From Thiobacillus sp. (GTDB lineage Bacteria > Pseudomonadota > Gammaproteobacteria > Burkholderiales > Thiobacillaceae), in assembly GCA_019459325.1 (NCBI GenBank), contig JAIBFA010000005.1:2459-66458 (forward strand): a stretch of 64,000 nucleotides of DNA, in the 5' to 3' direction. How positions within the stretch are numbered: position 1 is the stretch's first letter; every line of letters starts with the position of its first letter. The notes beneath the pieces are model-generated. The model was not told the DNA's origin, searched no databases, and saw nothing but the letters and a program-made list of their open reading frames with translations. The position numbers and the translations under genes are program-made. This document shows, piece by piece, positions 38,872 to 48,751 of the stretch.

Positions 38872-40344
38872 ATGAATCCCACCGACGCCTTCGTTCCCAT
38901 CCAGACTGCCGAACAGCTGTTCCATTCCGCCGAAGCCACGCTCTTGACGCCGAACGGGCTCGACGCCGACAAGCTCGCGCCGGTGTTCGGCCGCCTGCTC
39001 ACGCATGACGTCGACTACGCCGACCTGTATTTCCAGTATTCGCGTTCCGAAGGCTGGAGCCTGGAAGAAGGCCAGGTCAAGTCCGGCAGCTTCAACATCG
39101 ACCAGGGCGTCGGCGTGCGCGCGATCTCGGGCGAAAAAACCGCGTTCGCCTATTCCGACGACATCAGCCTCGATGCCTTGGGCGCGGCAGCCGACGCCAC
39201 CCGCGCGATCGCGCGCGCCGGGCAGAACCGCAGCTTCGGCGTGGTGCAGCGCGGCGAAGGCCGCCAGCTCTATAACGCGGTCGATCCCTTGGTGAGCCTG
39301 CAGGATGCCGACAAGGTCGCGCTGCTGGAGCGGCTGGAGAAGAAAGCCCGCGCCATGGACCCACGTGTCATCCAGGTGATGGCAAGCCTCGCCTCCGAAT
39401 ACGAGGTGATTTTCATCGCGCGTTCCGACGGCCACCTGGCCGCCGATGTGCGCCCGCTGGTGCGCCTGTCGCTGCAGGTCATCGCCGAGCAGGACGGCCG
39501 TCGCGAGCAGGGCAGCGGCGGCGGCGGCGGCCGCTTCGACTACAGCTACTTCACCGACGACATCCTGGAAAAATACGCGCGCCAGGCCGTGCACCAGGCC
39601 ATGGTCAACCTCGACGCCCGCCCCGCGCCCGCCGGCAGCATGACCGTCGTCCTCGGCTCCGGATGGCCCGGCATCCTGCTGCACGAAGCCATCGGCCACG
39701 GCCTCGAAGGCGACTTCAACCGCAAGGGCAGCTCGGCCTTCTCCGGCCGCATCGGCGAACGCGTCGCCGCGCCCGGCGTGACGGTGGTCGACGATGGCAC
39801 CATCCCGCTGCGCCGCGGCTCATTGAACGTCGACGACGAAGGCAACCCCACCCAGCGCACCATGCTGATCGAAGACGGCATCCTCACCGGCTACATGCAG
39901 GACATGATGAACGCCCGCCTGATGGGCATGCCGATCACCGGCAACGCACGGCGCGAATCGTTCGCGCATCTGACCATGCCGCGCATGACCAACACTCTCA
40001 TGCTCGGCGGCGACAAGGACCCGCACGAAATCATCGCCTCGGTGAAGAACGGCCTCTACGCCGTCAACTTCGGCGGCGGCCAGGTCGACATCACCAGCGG
40101 CAAATTCGTCTTCTCCGCCGCCGAGGCCTACATGATCGAGGACGGCAAGATCACCTACCCGGTGAAAGGCGCCACCCTCATCGGCAACGGCCCCGAAGTG
40201 CTGACGCGCGTCTCCATGATCGGCAACGACATGGAAATGGATTCCGGCGTGGGCACCTGTGGCAAGGAAGGCCAGAGCGTGCCGGTCGGCGTGGGACAGC
40301 CGACCTTGCGGATTGATGGGTTGACGGTGGGTGGGACGGCTTAG
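38872..40344 (+). CDS. tldD: Metalloprotease TldD
   Basis: [35 protein letters not shown]. Confidence 0.96.
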   Translation: MNPTDAFVPIQTAEQLFHSAEATLLTPNGLDADKLAPVFGRLLTHDVDYADLYFQYSRSEGWSLEEGQVKSGSFNIDQGVGVRAISGEKTAFAYSDDISLDALGAAADATRAIARAGQNRSFGVVQRGEGRQLYNAVDPLVSLQDADKVALLERLEKKARAMDPRVIQVMASLASEYEVIFIARSDGHLAADVRPLVRLSLQVIAEQDGRREQGSGGGGGRFDYSYFTDDILEKYARQAVHQAMVNLDARPAPAGSMTVVLGSGWPGILLHEAIGHGLEGDFNRKGSSAFSGRIGERVAAPGVTVVDDGTIPLRRGSLNVDDEGNPTQRTMLIEDGILTGYMQDMMNARLMGMPITGNARRESFAHLTMPRMTNTLMLGGDKDPHEIIASVKNGLYAVNFGGGQVDITSGKFVFSAAEAYMIEDGKITYPVKGATLIGNGPEVLTRVSMIGNDMEMDSGVGTCGKEGQSVPVGVGQPTLRIDGLTVGGTA

Positions 40345-40388
40345 AGCGGACTTGTAGGGATGGGGAATTTGTATCCTTTCTAGCCTCT

Positions 40389-40931
40389 ATGAAGGTTCTA
40401 CCAATTGTCGATCGGCTTCCCGATGAGCATCTTGCCCTTATAGGGGAAGCGATTACTGCTTGGGCACTGCAGGAGCATGAGCTTCGACTTACGGTCTTTG
40501 CCCTTCTCCACCTTGATCCGAAGCGCGGCCGTGTGGCAGTACGTTCTACCCGGTCGAAAGACACGGTAGGAATGATTGGTGACCTGATGAGTCTCTCGGG
40601 CCTTACATCAAAGACAACAAATCTTCGGGAATTTGGAAAGCTTCTCGACGAAATCGAAAACCGAAGAAATGCCCTTGCACACAACATTTGGATGAGGGAC
40701 GACCAGGATGTTCTGCTTGTACAGAGTCTTGCTGGTGTTTGGCCCGAGAAAACAACTCACGGGAAGTTGAAACGTCGTGTCCAACCAGCGGGCATACCTA
40801 TTCCCGTGGAAAGCCTCCGGGATTTGATTTCTGCACTTCGGCAGATGATTCATCAAACTAGGATTTTGCGAGGCGAGATTGAGGCTAGCCTCAATGCAAG
40901 AGATTCCGAAGTGACTGCCAAAAAAGAATAG
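40389..40931 (+). CDS. Low-GC hypothetical protein with HEPN-like RNxxxH motif
   Basis: 180 aa ORF, visibly AT-richer than its neighbours, helical, RRNALAH. Confidence 0.65.
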   Translation: MKVLPIVDRLPDEHLALIGEAITAWALQEHELRLTVFALLHLDPKRGRVAVRSTRSKDTVGMIGDLMSLSGLTSKTTNLREFGKLLDEIENRRNALAHNIWMRDDQDVLLVQSLAGVWPEKTTHGKLKRRVQPAGIPIPVESLRDLISALRQMIHQTRILRGEIEASLNARDSEVTAKKE

Positions 40932-41022
40932 ACCTCATCTAGAGCTTGGCGTCGTTTCACAAGCACTCAAAAAATTTATTTGTCACCGCCCTGGTTTTGA
41001 CTTTCCTCCCCTCACAGCCCCG

Positions 41023-41233
41023 CCGAAAATCGAGCCTGACGGGCGGATCAGCGGCGAAGGTGTTTGAGCCCCGCCCACAAAAAACCAATTAAAAACAGCC
41101 AGGCGGGGCGAGTTCTTCGCCGCCCGTCCGGCAGGCTCGATTTTCGGGAATTCGGGGATGTCGGGGTCGCTTTCTTTTGGTTACTTTTCTTGGCGAGACA
41201 AGAAAAGTGACTAGCTGCCGGGCTACCTCCGGC
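41023..41233. repeat. Structured MITE/REP-like palindromic element
   Basis: 16-bp perfect IR CCGAAAATCGAGCCTG/CAGGCTCGATTTTCGG with nested stems, then a GTTACTTTTCTTG-GCGAGA-CAAGAAAAGTGAC hairpin. Confidence 0.7.
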
Positions 41234-41294
41234 CAACGGTCAGTAGATCTAAGAAGGACTCACTACTCGGTCGTGCTACGCGCCTAACTAGACT

Positions 41295-41327
41295 GGATTG
41301 CTTCGTTGCTGCGCGCCTCGCAATGAC
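41295..41327 (-). repeat. GTCATTGCGAG-type palindromic repeat unit (RPE/REP-like)
   Basis: Minus strand GTCATTGCGAGGCGCGCAGCAACGAAGCAATCC, a widespread repeat pattern recognised from memory. Confidence 0.6.
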
Positions 41328-41338
41328 GGAGCCAAGCC

Positions 41339-44300
41339 TCAGGCCAACGTATCCAGCGGCTTCGGCTCGCCGATCAGATACCCCTGCACACAATCCACCC
41401 CCATCTCCCCCAACTTCGCCAGCGTCTCCGCATCCTCCACAAACCCCGCCACCGTCTTGATCCCGAGGAAGCTGCCCGTTTCCAGGATCGACCGTACCAG
41501 CGCCTCGTCGATCATGCTGGTGCCGATCTCGCGCACCAGGGCGCGGTCGATCTTCAGGTAATCCAGCTTCATGCTCTTCAGGCTGGTGTAGGAACTGCTG
41601 CCGACGCCAAAATCGTCGAGCGTGAAGCGGCAGCCGTGGCGCTGAAGCTGGCGCATGAACAGCTGGGTCTGAGCGTGGCCGTCGACGGCGTCGGCTTCGC
41701 TGATCTCGAAAATCAGCTTGTCGCCGGGGATGTCGCCACGTGCCAGTTCGGCCAGCAGGAATTTCAGGAACAGCGGATTGGTGACCGACTGGCCCGACAG
41801 GTTGATCGAGAAGCCGCCAAGCAGGGCAAGCTTGTCGGCATGGTCGCGCATCCACTGCAGGACGTGCCTGACCACCCAGCGGTCGATTTCGGTGATGCGC
41901 TGCAGGCGCTCGGCGACCGCAATCAGGTCGCGCGTGGGAATGATGCGTTCGGCGTGGGCGGTCGGGTGCAGCAGCACTTCGAAATACAGGGGGGTACGCG
42001 CGGCGTCGGCTACGGCAACCACCGGCTGGCAATTTAGGCTGAGCAGGTTGTTGGCGAGGATGGCAGTCAGTTCGTGCGCCCAGTCCGCCAGTGCGAGCAC
42101 GCCGCTGTCGTCGCCTTCGCTGCCGTATTGGACAATGGGAATGCCGGATTCGCGCGCGCGGGCGCAGGCGGCGTTGGCATTGTCGTAATAGGTTTCGGGG
42201 CTGAGGCAGTCGCTGGCCCACATCAGGCCAGCTGCGGCCTGCACGCGGTAGCGGGTGCCGTTGATTTCCTGGGGTTGTGCAGCCACGCCGTGCAATAGAG
42301 CCTCGGCCTGCGCCTGCGCGGAGGCAGGGCCGGCCGCCTCGATCCAGAACGCAATGCCGGATTCGCCTGCCCGGGCGAGCAGGGCGTTGGGTGGCAGCAG
42401 GGTGGGCATGATCTGCGCGTATTCGCGCAGGATGGGAGTGCGGATTTCGGCCCCAACCGCTTCGCCTGCGGGATTACTGAAATCGAGCTGGATCACGCCA
42501 ATGGCGAAGCCACCGTCTGTCGCCTGGCTACGCAGCCAGTTGCGGCGGATGGCGCGGAAGAAGGTCTTGCGGTTGGCTAGCCCGGTGGCTGAGTCGTGCG
42601 AGGCCTGCCACAGCAAATCGCGCTGCATTTTCTGGATCATCGCGCTGTAGGAACGGTCCATCAGCGGCAGTTCCAGATCTTCGGTCCATTGCGCTCCGCC
42701 GTCTTCGAGCGATTGCAGCAGATCCTGGCGCTTGAGGTCGAGCTTCTTGATGCCGCGGTAGTTGGCGAACACATACACCGGCGGTTGGTCGCCGATCCAG
42801 ATCAGATTGAGCGGGGATTCCAGCGACTTGAACTGCAGCCAGTCGCCGACGCGCAGGCGTTCGGCGAGGGTGTCCTGTGCCTCGCTCAGGGGTTCGCTGG
42901 CCGCGTCGTCGAGGCGGGCGGCGACCGAGGTGTGCTGATGTTGGGATTTATCCTCGTCGAACAGCGCGGTGGCGAGCTGGTCGACGATGCGATCCTGCGC
43001 GAACTTGTCGGCACATACCAGGGTGAGTGCCTGGTCGATCCGCTGCAGCAGCGTCTGGATATCGGCCGCGGCAGGCGGCTCGGCGTGTTCCGGATCCAGC
43101 CATGCGCACAGTTGCTGCAACACCTGCCAGGCTTCGCGCGCTTCGTCGCTGTCGACACCGTGGCGCATTTCAGCCATCAAGAGCACATTGCGCCAGCCGC
43201 CGTTCAACAGCTCGATCACCGCATTGGGAACCGAGCGTTCGTCCAGGCGCCCCAGCAACTCGCGCAGGATGCGCTGCTTGGAGACTTCGGCGCTCTGGCG
43301 GCCCTCGCACATTTCCTGCAGGCGGAAGACGCGCGCGGCGCGCTCGTTCAAGAGCGGCTTGACCACCCGCTCAAGCTGGGTGCGCGCTTCTTCGAACACG
43401 CCCGGATTCTTGTCGGCCTCGGCGTTGATGCGGTCGGTCCAGCGGCTCATCAGCCGCAGCAGACGCGCATCGGTGATCTTGCCGTCGTCGCCCGCCACCA
43501 TGCTGATGCGGTCTAACGTGTTCAGCACCTTGTGCGCAGGGTGGGCGGGCGAACTGAGGAATTGCGGATCGGCCATCGCCAGCTTGATGAGGCTGGTTTC
43601 CAGCTGCTGGAAGAACGGCCGCATGCCTTCGCTGACCGATTTTTCGGCATGCATGGTGTCGAACAGCGCACCGAACATGTCGACCGAGCGCTGCATTTCG
43701 TGGGTGACGGCGGGCGGCAGCGCGCCGGCGGCGGCCAGGCGCTGCAGCACCGGCGAGTGCGCCACGCCGGGCGCGCCTGTCATCATGGGCTGGTTGCCGG
43801 GCGCACCGCCGCCGCCGGCCGTGCCCTGGGCGGCATGACCCGGCAGGGCGCTGCCGGGGGCGGATGCGCTGCCCAGCGGTGCCGACGCAGAAGGGCCGGC
43901 AGCCGGCTGGCCGCGGAAAAAGTCCAGCAGCGAGCCGGTCAGCCGGCCGAGGGTGCCTTGCGACGGCGCGGCTGTCGGCGCGGAAGACTCCGGCAGCGAG
44001 GGTTCCGCGGCAGCAGGCGCCGAGGGGGCGGCGGGCTGCGGCTGCGAGCCAGGGTGCTGCTGGCGTTCGACTTCGGCCTGCGAGACCGGCAACAAGGCCA
44101 GCAGTTCGGCATACAGCGCGGCGAGCTGGTCGGACAGCACGTCGCGCAGCGTGGCATACGCTACCTGGCGCGCGCGCGCCAGCACCGGCACATCCTGCAG
44201 GGCGCTGCGGTAGGCGTGGCCGATGACAGCGGGACCGAAGGGGTTGTTGTTGTGATCGCAGGCAAAGCCGAACAATTGCCCAATGCGCGGCTCGATGTCG

Positions 44301-45088
44301 GCGAGCTGTTCACGGAACTGCTCTTCCAGCTTGTTGGCCTCGGACGAGGTGGAAAGCCAGTCCTCGAAGTCGAGTTCATCGACCAGGGCCAGTCCGCCGT
44401 CCATGGTGTCGCGGGTGGCCTGGGTCTGCACCGGACGCGCCTGCTTCAGTGCATCCAGAACCTGCTGCACGAAGCGGGTTTGCATGGTTGCGGCGTGATT
44501 GCCGAATTCGTGCACGGCACTCAGCAGTCCGCTGTGCTCGGCAATGCCGGAGGCATGCAGGGCGGCCGCGCTGAGCTTGTCGCCGAGCAAACGCGTCACC
44601 TGGTCGTGGACCTGGAGCAGGGTTTCATTCAGCAGCGTGGTGCTGGCCTCGCGCAGATGCGGGTGTGCGCTGGAAGCGGGCAGGGCGGCCAGTTTTTGCC
44701 GGTGTTCGGCCATGCGCAGTTTTTGCAGTGCACGCAGCGCGTCGACCGGTTGCCGGGCAAACACAACGCCTACGCCGAGCGGGCTCAGGCGCTTGAGCTG
44801 CGCGGGCACGCGGAAGGTCTGGGTGGTGTTGAGCGATACCGGGGTGAAGACGATTTCCACCTCGGCGTCGGCGCGTTTGGCCAGCGAGGCGATCGCCGCT
44901 TCGGGGTTGGTGAACTTGAGGAATAGCCCGCCAAAACAGAAGTCGCGGATTTCGCAGGCGATTTCGGTATGGCCCGGCTGGGTGATGATGGCCGCCTGCG
45001 ACACCTGGAAGCGCTTGTCGCGCCGCATGTCCTGCGCCGCTTGCTGAATGTCTGTCTCGTTAGCCATGATTTCGACACTATTCTCCAT
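41339..45088 (-). CDS. PilZ + DUF1631-like + degenerate GGDEF + EAL protein
   Basis: RRDKR..DFCFGG PilZ; HDSATGLANR GGDEF entry; EVLL, SINLS, FEISE, LDDFG, KID, QGY; start uncertain (45067-45100). Confidence 0.85.
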   Translation of the reverse strand: MENSVEIMANETDIQQAAQDMRRDKRFQVSQAAIITQPGHTEIACEIRDFCFGGLFLKFTNPEAAIASLAKRADAEVEIVFTPVSLNTTQTFRVPAQLKRLSPLGVGVVFARQPVDALRALQKLRMAEHRQKLAALPASSAHPHLREASTTLLNETLLQVHDQVTRLLGDKLSAAALHASGIAEHSGLLSAVHEFGNHAATMQTRFVQQVLDALKQARPVQTQATRDTMDGGLALVDELDFEDWLSTSSEANKLEEQFREQLADIEPRIGQLFGFACDHNNNPFGPAVIGHAYRSALQDVPVLARARQVAYATLRDVLSDQLAALYAELLALLPVSQAEVERQQHPGSQPQPAAPSAPAAAEPSLPESSAPTAAPSQGTLGRLTGSLLDFFRGQPAAGPSASAPLGSASAPGSALPGHAAQGTAGGGGAPGNQPMMTGAPGVAHSPVLQRLAAAGALPPAVTHEMQRSVDMFGALFDTMHAEKSVSEGMRPFFQQLETSLIKLAMADPQFLSSPAHPAHKVLNTLDRISMVAGDDGKITDARLLRLMSRWTDRINAEADKNPGVFEEARTQLERVVKPLLNERAARVFRLQEMCEGRQSAEVSKQRILRELLGRLDERSVPNAVIELLNGGWRNVLLMAEMRHGVDSDEAREAWQVLQQLCAWLDPEHAEPPAAADIQTLLQRIDQALTLVCADKFAQDRIVDQLATALFDEDKSQHQHTSVAARLDDAASEPLSEAQDTLAERLRVGDWLQFKSLESPLNLIWIGDQPPVYVFANYRGIKKLDLKRQDLLQSLEDGGAQWTEDLELPLMDRSYSAMIQKMQRDLLWQASHDSATGLANRKTFFRAIRRNWLRSQATDGGFAIGVIQLDFSNPAGEAVGAEIRTPILREYAQIMPTLLPPNALLARAGESGIAFWIEAAGPASAQAQAEALLHGVAAQPQEINGTRYRVQAAAGLMWASDCLSPETYYDNANAACARARESGIPIVQYGSEGDDSGVLALADWAHELTAILANNLLSLNCQPVVAVADAARTPLYFEVLLHPTAHAERIIPTRDLIAVAERLQRITEIDRWVVRHVLQWMRDHADKLALLGGFSINLSGQSVTNPLFLKFLLAELARGDIPGDKLIFEISEADAVDGHAQTQLFMRQLQRHGCRFTLDDFGVGSSSYTSLKSMKLDYLKIDRALVREIGTSMIDEALVRSILETGSFLGIKTVAGFVEDAETLAKLGEMGVDCVQGYLIGEPKPLDTLA

Positions 45089-45206
45089 TGTTCGTACCAC
45101 CCGATTATTTGATTGAGCGTGATGGGTGCGGCGTTATGTTTGGCATGACCCCATTCCCATTAAAGGGCGCTTGGCGGGATTCTCCCTGTTTTGGTAGACT
45201 GTTTGC

Positions 45207-45275
45207 ATGATTCGTGCCGAAATGTTCTTTTTTTGCCGCTTTTATCCCACGCCGCAGGCGGTCGGGAGGCGCTGA
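45207..45275 (+). CDS. Phe/Tyr-rich attenuator leader peptide MIRAEMFFFCRFYPTPQAVGRR
   Basis: TTC TTT TTT TGC CGC TTT TAT control codons; TAGACT -10 six nt upstream; terminator downstream; precedes DAHP synthase. Confidence 0.75.
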   Translation: MIRAEMFFFCRFYPTPQAVGRR

Positions 45276-45297
45276 AACGAACAGCACAGCCTTCACG

Positions 45298-45324
45298 AAA
45301 CCGCCAGCCCGCTGGCGGTTTTTT
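45298..45324 (+). terminator. Attenuator terminator upstream of aroG
   Basis: AAACCGCCAGC-CC-GCTGGCGGTTTTTT, 42 nt before the aroG ATG. Confidence 0.85.
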
Positions 45325-45366
45325 GTTTAAGCCGCCGCCACGAACCTTAACGAACGGAACCTGATC

Positions 45367-46443
45367 ATGTCTGCCACCCGAACCGACGATACCCGCATCG
45401 AGCAAAGCGGCGAACTGCTCGCCCCGATGCAGATCATGCGTGAACTGCGCGCCAATGAAACCGTGCTGGCGCACGTGGCGCACGCGCGCAGCGCCATTCA
45501 CGACGTGCTGCGCGGGGCGGACGACCGCATGTTCATCGTTGTCGGCCCGTGTTCGATCCACGACCCGGCAGCGGCACTGGATTACGCCCGCAAGCTGAAG
45601 CCGCTGGCCGACGAACTGGCGCACGATCTCATCATCGTCATGCGGGTGTATTTCGAAAAGCCGCGCACCACGGTGGGCTGGAAGGGCCTGATCAACGATC
45701 CGCATCTGGACGAGAGCTTCGACATCAACGAAGGCCTGCGGCTGGCGCGGAAACTGTTGCTGGAGATCAACGAAATCGGCCTGCCGTGCGCCACCGAATT
45801 CCTTGACCTGATCTCGCCGCAGTACATCGCCGACCTGGTGAGCTGGGGCGCGATCGGCGCGCGCACCACCGAGTCGCAGTCGCATCGCCAGCTGGCGTCC
45901 GGCCTGTCGTGCCCGGTCGGCTTCAAGAACGGCACCGACGGCAGCCTGCGTATCGCGGTGGACGCGATCAAGGCAGCGTCGGCGCGTCACCACTTCATCT
46001 CCATCACCAAGTCGGGCCACGTCGGCGTGTTCAGCACCTCCGGCAACGAAGACACGCACGTCATTTTGCGCGGCGGCAAGGCGCCCAACTACGATGCGGC
46101 GAGCGTCAATCTGGCGTGCGGCGAACTGGCTGCCGCCGGCCTGCGCCAGCAGCTGATGATCGATTTTTCGCACGCCAATTCGAGCAAGCAGTACCAGCGC
46201 CAGATCGATGTCGGCGCCGAGGTGGCCGCCCAAGTGGCCGGCGGCGATGCGCGCATCATCGGCGCCATGGTCGAAAGCCACCTCAATGCGGGGCGCCAGG
46301 ACCTGGTTCCCGGACAGCCCTTGGAATATGCCAAGTCGATCACCGACCCCTGCATCGGCTGGGACGACACGATTCCGCTGCTGCGGATGCTGGCAGATGC
46401 GGTGAAAAAACGCCGCCTGACCGTGCCGGCAGATGAGGAATAA
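45367..46443 (+). CDS. aroG: Class I-alpha DAHP synthase
   Basis: GPCSIHD, RVYFEKPRTTVGWKG, IGARTTESQ, GFKNGTDG, IDFSHANS, SITDPC; isoenzyme specificity inferred. Confidence 0.93.
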   Translation: MSATRTDDTRIEQSGELLAPMQIMRELRANETVLAHVAHARSAIHDVLRGADDRMFIVVGPCSIHDPAAALDYARKLKPLADELAHDLIIVMRVYFEKPRTTVGWKGLINDPHLDESFDINEGLRLARKLLLEINEIGLPCATEFLDLISPQYIADLVSWGAIGARTTESQSHRQLASGLSCPVGFKNGTDGSLRIAVDAIKAASARHHFISITKSGHVGVFSTSGNEDTHVILRGGKAPNYDAASVNLACGELAAAGLRQQLMIDFSHANSSKQYQRQIDVGAEVAAQVAGGDARIIGAMVESHLNAGRQDLVPGQPLEYAKSITDPCIGWDDTIPLLRMLADAVKKRRLTVPADEE

Positions 46444-46469
46444 ACCGGCTTCCGGGTTAAAATGCACGC

Positions 46470-46563
46470 GGCGGGTCTCCCCGCATGGCTAAGTCGTGAA
46501 TCGGGTCAGGTCCGGAAGGAAGCAGCCCCAGCGACCGATTCCAGTGCCGGGGTAAGGCTCGCC
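46470..46563 (+). ncRNA. ffs: Signal recognition particle RNA (4.5S)
   Basis: GGTCAGGTCCGGAAGGAAGCAGCC domain IV; ends pair; TAAAAT -10 at 46458; upstream of dnaX. Confidence 0.93.
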
Positions 46564-46570
46564 ACTTTTC

Positions 46571-46676
46571 CAGGATTCAGGGGTCAGGATTCAGGGATCA
46601 GGGTGTAACGGTTTCGCCAGTGCGAGCCGTGAGCACATGGCTTTTTCCTGACCCTGAATCCTGACCCCTAGCCCCT
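46571..46676. repeat. Inverted arrays of heptamer repeats
   Basis: CAGGATT CAGGGGT CAGGATT CAGGGAT CAGGGTG ... CCTG ACCCTG AATCCTG ACCCCTA GCCCCT. Confidence 0.8.
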
Positions 46677-46681
46677 CAAAC

Positions 46682-48418
46682 ATGACTGATCTCTTCGGCG
46701 ACTCTGCATCCCCCGCACTTGCGCTGGCGCGCAAGTGGCGGCCGCGCGCGTTTGCCGACCTCAAGGGGCAGGAACATGTGGTGCAGGCGCTCTCCAACGC
46801 GCTGACGCAGGGCCGGCTGCACCATGCCTATCTGCTGACCGGCACGCGCGGGGTGGGCAAGACCACCCTGGCGCGGATTCTCGCCAAGTGCCTCAACTGC
46901 GAAACCGGCGTGACCGCCACCCCCTGCGGTACGTGCTCGGCCTGCACCCAGATCGACGCCGGGCGTTTTGTCGACCTGCTCGAGTTGGACGCCGCGTCGA
47001 ATACCGGCGTCGACAACATGCGCGAGGTGCTCGACAACGCGCAGTACGCGCCGACTGTAGGACGCTACAAGGTCTACATCATCGACGAAGTGCACATGCT
47101 GTCGAAACCGGCGTTCAATTCCATGCTGAAGACGCTGGAAGAGCCGCCCGCGCATGTGAAGTTCATTCTCGCCACCACCGACCCGCAGAAGATTCCGGTG
47201 ACGGTGCTGTCGCGCTGCCTGCAGTTCAACCTGAAACCGATGCCGCCCGCGCTGGTGTCGCAGCACTTGAGCGAGGTGCTGGAACAGGAAGGCGTCGCCA
47301 CTGAACCCTTGGCGCTGAATCTGCTGGCGCGCGCAGCCGCCGGCAGCATGCGCGACGCGCTGTCGCTGACCGACCAGGCGATCGCCTACGGCGGCGGCAA
47401 GGTGGAGGCAGCCGCTGTCGAGGCCATGCTCGGCACGGTACGGCGCGACTACCTGTTCGACCTGCTCGACGCGCTGGCGGCGCGCGACGGCGATGCGCTG
47501 CTCGATCAGGCGCGGCAGCTGGCCGAACGCGGCATCGCCTTCGATGCGACGCTGCAGGATCTGGGGACCCTGCTGACCCAGCTGGCGCTGCTGCTGCATG
47601 CGCCCCATGCAATTGAAAGCGGCGCAGTGGAAAACAGCCCCGATGTCGAACGGATGCAAGCTGCCGCTGCGCAGCTGGATGCCGAAACCGCGCAGCTGTA
47701 CTACCAGATCGCACTGAACGGTCGCCGCGACCTGCCGTATGCGCCGGACGAGTTTTCCGGCTTCTGCATGACGCTGCTGCGCATGCTGGCCTTTGCGCCA
47801 GGTTCCGGAAACACCGCGCCGCGTGGCGTGTCGGCGGATCGCCCGGTGCCGGCGCGTGCAGAACCGGCACCGCGTGCCGCTGCGCCGATGGCCGCGCCCA
47901 GCGCGCCGCCTGCACCCAAGCCGGCCGCTGTGCCGCGGGACGAGGCTGCGCCTGCCGAGCCGGTCGCGACCGCTGCATCGCCAGCGCCTTTCGCCGCTCC
48001 GCTGCATGCCCGCGAACCTTCGCCGCATGCCACATGGGACTGGCTCGCCGTCGTCGCCGAGTTGCGCCTCGGCGGCATGGCCAAGATGCTCGCCGATCAC
48101 TGCGAACTGGTGTCGCAGGAGGACGACGCGGTGAGCTTGCGCGTCGGCGAGGCGCACAAACATTTATTGGATCGCGCCTACCAGGACAAGCTGGTCTCGG
48201 CCCTGCACGACAAGTACGGCGCGACGCTCAAGGTCACGTTCGAGATCGGCGCAGCCGCCGAGCAGACGCCGCAGCAGGTGCGCACGCGCATCAAGGAAGC
48301 GCGCCAGGCCGAGGCCGTGGCCGCTATCGAAGCGGATCCATTCGTGCGTGAGCTGGTCGACCAGTTTGGTGGCCAGATCGACGCTACGTCCATACAGCCA
48401 CTAGGAGAATCGACATGA
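46682..48418 (+). CDS. dnaX: DNA polymerase III subunit gamma/tau
   Basis: [14 protein letters not shown], zinc Cys cluster, IIDEVH, SRC. Confidence 0.96.
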   Translation: MTDLFGDSASPALALARKWRPRAFADLKGQEHVVQALSNALTQGRLHHAYLLTGTRGVGKTTLARILAKCLNCETGVTATPCGTCSACTQIDAGRFVDLLELDAASNTGVDNMREVLDNAQYAPTVGRYKVYIIDEVHMLSKPAFNSMLKTLEEPPAHVKFILATTDPQKIPVTVLSRCLQFNLKPMPPALVSQHLSEVLEQEGVATEPLALNLLARAAAGSMRDALSLTDQAIAYGGGKVEAAAVEAMLGTVRRDYLFDLLDALAARDGDALLDQARQLAERGIAFDATLQDLGTLLTQLALLLHAPHAIESGAVENSPDVERMQAAAAQLDAETAQLYYQIALNGRRDLPYAPDEFSGFCMTLLRMLAFAPGSGNTAPRGVSADRPVPARAEPAPRAAAPMAAPSAPPAPKPAAVPRDEAAPAEPVATAASPAPFAAPLHAREPSPHATWDWLAVVAELRLGGMAKMLADHCELVSQEDDAVSLRVGEAHKHLLDRAYQDKLVSALHDKYGATLKVTFEIGAAAEQTPQQVRTRIKEARQAEAVAAIEADPFVRELVDQFGGQIDATSIQPLGEST

Positions 48419-48741
48419 TGAAGGGCGGCATCGGTAACATGATGAAGCAGGTCCAGCAGGTGCAGGAGAACATGGCCAAGATGCAGGCCAAGCTGGCCGA
48501 AATCGAAATCGAGGGCGCCAGCGGTGCCGGCATGGTCAAGGTCACGATGACCTGCAAATATGACGTGCGCCGCGTCAGCATCGATCCCAGCCTGATGACG
48601 GACGACCGCGAAATGCTGGAAGACCTGGTGGCCGCAGCGGTGAACGATGCGGTGCGCAAGGTCGAATCGACCGTGCAGGAAAAAATGGGCAGCGTGACCG
48701 CAGGCCTGCCGATTCCGCCGGGGATGAAGCTGCCGTTCTGA
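48415..48741 (+). CDS. ybaB: Nucleoid-associated protein YbaB/EbfC
   Basis: [24 protein letters not shown]; between dnaX and recR. Confidence 0.93.
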   Translation: MMKGGIGNMMKQVQQVQENMAKMQAKLAEIEIEGASGAGMVKVTMTCKYDVRRVSIDPSLMTDDREMLEDLVAAAVNDAVRKVESTVQEKMGSVTAGLPIPPGMKLPF

Positions 48742-48751
48742 GGCACCGTCC

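Noticed and set aside
41048-41236. 62-aa ORF containing FSCLAKKSNQKKA
   Set aside because: Translation of the palindromic repeat element; no independent coding evidence
46682-48418. Programmed -1 frameshift or slippage site in dnaX
   Set aside because: No A AAA AAG heptamer or long A run seen in the linker region
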